The notes beneath the pieces were generated by a model that had not been told where the DNA came from, made no database searches, and worked only from the letters and a program-made list of their open reading frames with translations. The translations under genes and the position numbers were made by a program. Positions 59,093 through 64,000 of a DNA stretch of 64,000 bases are shown in pieces; the stretch's first letter is position 1, and each line of letters opens with the position of its first letter. Source of the stretch: Candidatus Latescibacterota bacterium (GTDB lineage Bacteria > Latescibacterota > MVCY01 > DTYK01); assembly GCA_012961925.1 (NCBI GenBank), contig DTYK01000230.1:797-64796 (forward strand), given 5' to 3'.

Positions 59093-59108
59093 TGAAAAAG
59101 GAGGTAAG

Positions 59109-60872
59109 ATGAAAGTAGAGAGCTTAACCAGAATAGTGACCGTCTTTATGCTGACAACATTGCCCTCCCTGGCGCTTTGTGATCTAACCACGCCGCAAAG
59201 TGGAGAGCCGGTCAGAAAACTCCCGCACGGGATGTCTTCGGTATGGAGGGCATACTTCGAAAATGTTGACTTCGACGGTGACGGGATAAGGTATATATAC
59301 GACAGATATCTCGGCAGAAACGATAAAGAGGTGGACTTCAAGGCGAAGCTGGGCGGACGACTGAGGGGGATGAGCTCCGAACTCTCCACCGTAGACCCGA
59401 TACAGGCCACGGACACGGCGTCCAGCGCAATAGTAAACAAGTACCTGGATGGGCTGGTACAGTTCGTGCCATACTCCACAGAGATAATGCCAAACCTGGC
59501 CCTGGCATGGGAGATCTCGGAGGATGCACGGATCTACACCTTCTACCTGAGAAGGGATGTGAGGTTCCATAATGGAGCAAAGTTCACGGCTGATGACTTC
59601 ATCTTCTCTTATAACAGGCTCATAAACCCCGTCTATGCTTCTCCAAGGATAAGCTTTGCTACGGATTTCATAAAACGGGTTGAGAAGATAGGCGATTACA
59701 CCGTCAGGATAACACTGAAAAAACCCTTTACTCCGTTTCTCAAGCTTCTGACCTACGACTCCTTCTCCGTATTACCGAGGGGATATGTCTCTGCAAAAGA
59801 GACCGTCACCCAGGAGAAGGCAGAATATAAATGGTACGACCACCCCGTTGGGACCGGCCCCTTCAAGGTGAAGGAATACGTCCCTGGCGACCACATAACC
59901 CTTGAAGCCTACGATGATTACCACGAGGGAAGACCATACCTGGATGAGTGGTACGTGAGATTTGTGGAGGAGGAGGACACGATCATCCAAGCCTTTAAGG
60001 CCGGGCAGATCGACGTGACTGGCGTCCCATCAAGGTACTGGGAGGAGTTCAGGGAGAGATACAAGGATGTGATGATAACCAAACCCCAACTGTCAACCTT
60101 CTGGCTAATCCTTAACTGCGGAGAATGGCCGTTCGAAAACAGGAAGATAAGACAGGCCTTTGCATACGCGATGGACAGGACAGGGGTTATCAACACGATA
60201 TTCAAGGGTAGACATATACCCGCCCATGGGGTCCTCCCTCCGGGGTTGTTCGGGTTCTCACAGGAATTGTACGACCACTATGCATATAACTATAACCCGG
60301 GAAAGGCAAGGAGGCTTCTCGATGAAGCCGGGGCTCTGGACACCGATGGGGACGGCATAAGGGAGTATAAGGGTAAACCTCTGAAATTGGAACTCTCCTC
60401 ATACGTGAGCGCTGACTGGAAAGAGGCAGCAAAGACATGGAGGACTAATTTGAAAGAGGTAGGGGTCGAGATAACCTATCAACAATACGACTTTCCTACC
60501 ATCCTGGACATGACCGATAAGGGGACCTTCAAGATGATAACCCTGGGATGGATAAACGACTACCCGGATCCGGAAAACTGGTATATCCTGTTTGAATCGA
60601 AGAACATCCCGGATCCGAATAGCTCCCGATACACAAATCCCGAAGTGGACAGGCTGGTAACCCAATTGAGGATTACACCTGACCCTACAAAGAGAAGGAG
60701 GATAACCTATGAGATTGAGAGGATAATCCAGGCTGATCATCCTCATATCTGGTTCATGCATCCGAGAGGGTCCACGGTTTACCACAAGTGGGTACATGGC
60801 TGGGATTTCGGGCCGATGGGAGGACACCTTGAGAAACGCCTTGATGTCTGGCTCGACAGGGATCACCGATGA
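59109..60872 (+). CDS. ABC transporter substrate-binding lipoprotein, family 5 (peptide/oligopeptide/nickel type)
   Basis: Lipobox signal ..LPSLALC; 587 aa with the SBP_bac_5 architecture. Confidence 0.85.
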   Translation: MKVESLTRIVTVFMLTTLPSLALCDLTTPQSGEPVRKLPHGMSSVWRAYFENVDFDGDGIRYIYDRYLGRNDKEVDFKAKLGGRLRGMSSELSTVDPIQATDTASSAIVNKYLDGLVQFVPYSTEIMPNLALAWEISEDARIYTFYLRRDVRFHNGAKFTADDFIFSYNRLINPVYASPRISFATDFIKRVEKIGDYTVRITLKKPFTPFLKLLTYDSFSVLPRGYVSAKETVTQEKAEYKWYDHPVGTGPFKVKEYVPGDHITLEAYDDYHEGRPYLDEWYVRFVEEEDTIIQAFKAGQIDVTGVPSRYWEEFRERYKDVMITKPQLSTFWLILNCGEWPFENRKIRQAFAYAMDRTGVINTIFKGRHIPAHGVLPPGLFGFSQELYDHYAYNYNPGKARRLLDEAGALDTDGDGIREYKGKPLKLELSSYVSADWKEAAKTWRTNLKEVGVEITYQQYDFPTILDMTDKGTFKMITLGWINDYPDPENWYILFESKNIPDPNSSRYTNPEVDRLVTQLRITPDPTKRRRITYEIERIIQADHPHIWFMHPRGSTVYHKWVHGWDFGPMGGHLEKRLDVWLDRDHR

Positions 60873-60944
60873 ATTGGTGACCCTTACAAGGTAAGATATT
60901 AAAATCCATGTCAAGTTTTGAAGGGAGGAGAGTGAAGTAAGAAG

Positions 60945-61904
60945 ATGAGAGAATACATAGTCAAGAAGCTGGCCATAGCCGTGATTGTGCTGATAGGGGT
61001 ATACACCATAACGTTCGTTCTGACGTTTATGATGCCGGGAGATCCGGCGAGGGTCTCCATGGGGCAGTTCGGTAATCCGGAAACGGTGAAACTGATAAGA
61101 CAAAGGTGGGGACTGGATAGGCCCCGATATGTCCAGTACATCAAATACGCCGGATCTTTTCTGAAGGGGGAGATGGGGATGTCCTTCAGATACGACAGGC
61201 CAGTATTGGACGTCATCAAATACAGGTTCCCACGATCTGCCTACCTCGGCCTGTGGGGCATACTCTTCTCCATTGTGCTATCCATACCCCTGGGAATTGT
61301 GGCTGCCTGTAAACAGAACACGCCTCTCGACAATGCCGCCGTTCTCTTTTCGCAAATAGGACGTTCCCTGCCGAGCTTCTGGCTGGGAATGATGCTCATC
61401 GCCATGGTGGCTGTGGGTCTGGGGTGGGTCAAGGTCGTCCCGGAGGTGGAACCGGGCCGATTGTGGTCATTCTCAGGATTCTTCACAAGTCTGGATGACT
61501 ACATTCTGCCTGTAATCACCCTGGGTACGGGGCTGATGGCAACGACCACCCGGATGACGAGGTCCAGCATGCTCGAGGTGATAAGGGAGGACTATATAAC
61601 CCTCGCCAGGGCGAAGGGACTTCCGGAAAGAGTGGTTATCCTCAAGCATGCGCTCAGGAACGCACTGATCCCCGTTGTAACCCTGATAGGGATGCAATTT
61701 CTGTTAATCGTAGGGGGAGTCATAATAACGGAGACAGTTTTCGGCATCAATGGGATCGGGAGATTATACGTAACATCCATACAGATGAGAGACTATCCCG
61801 TTGTGATAGCTTTAACCCTGATATACGCCTTCGGAGTTGTCCTGATAAACCTGCTTGTCGATCTGACATATGGGTGGATAGATCCAAGGGTCAGGTTAAG
61901 GTGA
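60945..61904 (+). CDS. ABC transporter permease (DppB/OppB-like)
   Basis: 319 aa, 6 transmembrane helices, EAA-type loop (..ITLARAKGLPERVVILKHALRNA..). Confidence 0.85.
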   Translation: MREYIVKKLAIAVIVLIGVYTITFVLTFMMPGDPARVSMGQFGNPETVKLIRQRWGLDRPRYVQYIKYAGSFLKGEMGMSFRYDRPVLDVIKYRFPRSAYLGLWGILFSIVLSIPLGIVAACKQNTPLDNAAVLFSQIGRSLPSFWLGMMLIAMVAVGLGWVKVVPEVEPGRLWSFSGFFTSLDDYILPVITLGTGLMATTTRMTRSSMLEVIREDYITLARAKGLPERVVILKHALRNALIPVVTLIGMQFLLIVGGVIITETVFGINGIGRLYVTSIQMRDYPVVIALTLIYAFGVVLINLLVDLTYGWIDPRVRLR

Positions 61905-61909
61905 TCGAT

Positions 61910-63073
61910 ATGGATGAACGGTTCAAGGGGCGGTTCATGGATACATTTGTGTGGGAAGAGAAGAAAGCAGAAAATAGGAAGATCCGTGTGGTTTTAGCCA
62001 TCACCGTCATAGGGCTGGTCCTGATCAAGATCCTGTTTATCAGTAGAGATACGATTCCCCAATGGGGGCTCAGGTTAGGCGTAGTTGGCCTCTACCTTGG
62101 GGTCTGGTATCTCTTCCTGGAGCGGATGTATAGATGGTATGTCAGGGTCAACTATGACAAACGCGCCAATCCAATAGCCAGGTTCTTTTTGAGGTTTTAC
62201 AGAAACAAACTGGCTACTTTGGGGTTTTTCATCGTGCTCACCCTTGTGGTGGTTGCAGTATTCGCCCCAGAGATCGCAAAGTACCCAGGGGAATACAGGG
62301 CTGAATGGAAAGAGTATGCCCTGATGCCCCCTTCAAGGGAACATCCATTAGGCACTGTACCGTCCGGCGAAGACCTGTTCTCCCTGATCTGCTATGGTAC
62401 CAGGATCTCCGTCACCTTAGGGATCTCTGTGGTATCCCTGGGCGCAGCGATCGGGATTGCCCTGGGCGTTACCGCTGGATATTACGGTGGCAAGGTGGAT
62501 AAGTTAATCAATTATGTGACCGATGTGGTCATGAGTTTTCCCTTCCTGGTCCTGATCCTGGTCATTGTCGGTGCGCTACGGTCAAATCCCCAGATAAATG
62601 AAAGGTTAATCGAGGTCGGAAAGACTGTCGGAGTGGACGCCCATCTGCTCATGGTCTTCCTCGCCCTCTCCTTTCTTGGCTGGACAGGCACTTTCAGGAT
62701 CGTGAGGGGGCAGGTCCTGAGCATAAGGGAAAAGGATTATGTTGCAGCCGCGAAGGCTATCGGGGCCACCTCAAGGAGGATTATCTTTCGCCATATAGCG
62801 ATAAACACCCTGGCCCCCGTGATCGTCGTGATGACGCTTGGTATCGGAGGGGTAATCCTCACGGAAGCAGCACTTTCATATTTAGGATTTGGGGCCAGCG
62901 TCACCACACCCTCGTGGGGCAGACTCCTGTCCGAAGCCAATGCCTATGTTTCACAGCTCAAATACATACACCTTGTGCTCTTTCCAGGGCTGGCGATCTT
63001 CTTGGCAATCCTGGGATTCACCACCATGGGGGATGGGGTGAGGGACGCCATAGACCCACGACTGAAGTTGTAA
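61910..63073 (+). CDS. ABC transporter permease (DppC/OppC-like) with ~90-aa N-terminal extension carrying two extra predicted TM helices
   Basis: Canonical OppC core from ..RFFLRFYRNKLATLGFFIVL.. onward. ATG at 61910 lies 5 nt after the upstream stop, with an AGGTGA Shine-Dalgarno; the ORF-track GTG at 61874 is less likely. Confidence 0.8.
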   Translation: MDERFKGRFMDTFVWEEKKAENRKIRVVLAITVIGLVLIKILFISRDTIPQWGLRLGVVGLYLGVWYLFLERMYRWYVRVNYDKRANPIARFFLRFYRNKLATLGFFIVLTLVVVAVFAPEIAKYPGEYRAEWKEYALMPPSREHPLGTVPSGEDLFSLICYGTRISVTLGISVVSLGAAIGIALGVTAGYYGGKVDKLINYVTDVVMSFPFLVLILVIVGALRSNPQINERLIEVGKTVGVDAHLLMVFLALSFLGWTGTFRIVRGQVLSIREKDYVAAAKAIGATSRRIIFRHIAINTLAPVIVVMTLGIGGVILTEAALSYLGFGASVTTPSWGRLLSEANAYVSQLKYIHLVLFPGLAIFLAILGFTTMGDGVRDAIDPRLKL

Positions 63074-63086
63074 TACGGAGAAGAAG

Positions 63087-64000
63087 ATGGGAGGGAAGCT
63101 GTTAGAGATAAAGGACCTTGTCGTCCATTTCTTTACGGAGGATGGCGTGGTCAAGGCCCTGGACGGGGTGGGGTTCCATGTAAACAGCGAGGAGACCTTT
63201 GCCCTTGTTGGAGAAACAGGCTGCGGGAAGAGCGTCACCATGCTTTCTGTCCTGGGACTAATTCCCATACCTGGAAAGGTTATCAACGGAGAGGTCCTAT
63301 TTTATGATGAGGATCTCAGGCATGAACTCGGCATCGGAGGTTCGGGCCCTGTGGACCTGTTAAAACTCTCACCGGAGTTGATGAACAGGGTGAGGGGTAA
63401 GCGGATATCGCTGATTACGCAAGACCCTATGACATCTCTTAACCCGGTCTACACATCTGGAAACCAGATAATGGAGGTCCTGACCACCCACAGAGGAGTT
63501 GACAGGAGAGGGGCCGAGTCCGAGACGTTCCGGCTTCTGGAAAGTGTGGCACTGGTGCCTCCAAAGCAGATAGCAGAAAAGTACCCCCACCAGCTTTCCG
63601 GGGGAGAAAGACAGAGGGTTGTAGCCTCCATATCGCTGGCTGCCAGCCCCAATCTGATAATTGCCGATGAGCCTACAACAAACCTGGACGTCACGGTTCA
63701 AGCGCGTATCCTGGAGCTGTTATTAGAACTGAAGGAGAGGTTTCGCACATCCCTGATCATGATCACCCATGATTTAGGAATTGTCGCTGAGACTAGCGAC
63801 AGGGTAGGCGTTATGTATGCCGGCAGCGTAGTTGAGCTCTCCGACGTATTCGCCCTGTTCAAGGAACCGCTCCACCCATATACAAAGGGCCTGCTTGAGG
63901 CCATCCCAAATCCCAGAAAAAGACGAAAAGGGCCTTTGAAATCAATCCCTGGATCTGTACCGGATCTGATCGATCCACCGGAAGGGTGCAGGTTCCATCC
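63087..64000 (+). CDS. ABC transporter ATP-binding protein (DppD/OppD-like), 3' end beyond window
   Basis: ATG at 63087; Walker A GETGCGKS, signature LSGGERQR, Walker B IIADEP, and the oligopeptide-type C-terminal region (..HPYTKGLL..). No stop before the window end. Confidence 0.85.
   Translation, partial: MGGKLLEIKDLVVHFFTEDGVVKALDGVGFHVNSEETFALVGETGCGKSVTMLSVLGLIPIPGKVINGEVLFYDEDLRHELGIGGSGPVDLLKLSPELMNRVRGKRISLITQDPMTSLNPVYTSGNQIMEVLTTHRGVDRRGAESETFRLLESVALVPPKQIAEKYPHQLSGGERQRVVASISLAASPNLIIADEPTTNLDVTVQARILELLLELKERFRTSLIMITHDLGIVAETSDRVGVMYAGSVVELSDVFALFKEPLHPYTKGLLEAIPNPRKRRKGPLKSIPGSVPDLIDPPEGCRFH

Noticed and set aside
1-64000. CRISPR arrays, transposases/IS elements, integrases, toxin-antitoxin pairs, restriction-modification genes
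   Set aside because: No direct-repeat/spacer periodicity, no terminal inverted repeats flanking ORFs, and no ORF with transposase, integrase, TA or methyltransferase/endonuclease features was found. All sizeable ORFs are accounted for by housekeeping or metabolic genes.

Overview
This 64-kb window is a densely packed (~90% coding) chromosomal core region of a bacterium, about 50% GC, with no mobile elements, CRISPR arrays or obvious defence islands. Nearly all genes are on the minus strand in long co-directional arrays. These are: a partial M16 peptidase followed by the pnp-rpsO-ribF-truB-rbfA-DUF503-infB-nusA-rimP array; divergent glnA-nadE on the plus strand; hprK-rpe-PASTA protein-rsmB-FGGY kinase-xseA-ymdB-rny; zapA/ZapB-like genes with pheT-pheS-rplT-rpmI-infC-thrS and a tRNA-Val; a DinG-exonuclease helicase with two GT9 heptosyltransferase-type genes; pheA-hisC-hisD-hisG; an aminotransferase, a URO-D-like gene, araD, araB and a polyol dehydrogenase; rplS-trmD-rimM-rpsP-ffh; cobO, a TsaC/LMW-PTP fusion, purE, purD, era and gmhA; an outer-membrane protein, glycerate kinase, a cupin, an Fe-ADH and a DMT transporter; and a plus-strand Opp/Dpp-type ABC transporter operon at the window end. 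Gene order and content mix Firmicute-like features (ylxS-nusA-infB-ylxP, rny-ymdB, hprK, exonuclease-DinG) with LPS inner-core heptose genes (gmhA, GT9), which suggests a diderm lineage. The most unusual signals are non-coding: a family of ~85-110-nt intergenic elements, present three times, with conserved termini and a variable, compensatorily changing core (structured-RNA-like); a second ~40-nt conserved motif in three intergenic sites; and tandem CACAGATTA repeats upstream of two genes. One 414-bp intergenic hotspot (44281-44693) carries all three. Notable coding-level findings are an infC AUU start, a TsaC(YwlC)-LMW-PTP(YwlE) fusion, a kinase-less PASTA protein at the prkC position, rpsP with a long Pro/Glu tail, a short rimP, and a GT9 N-domain-only gene remnant.
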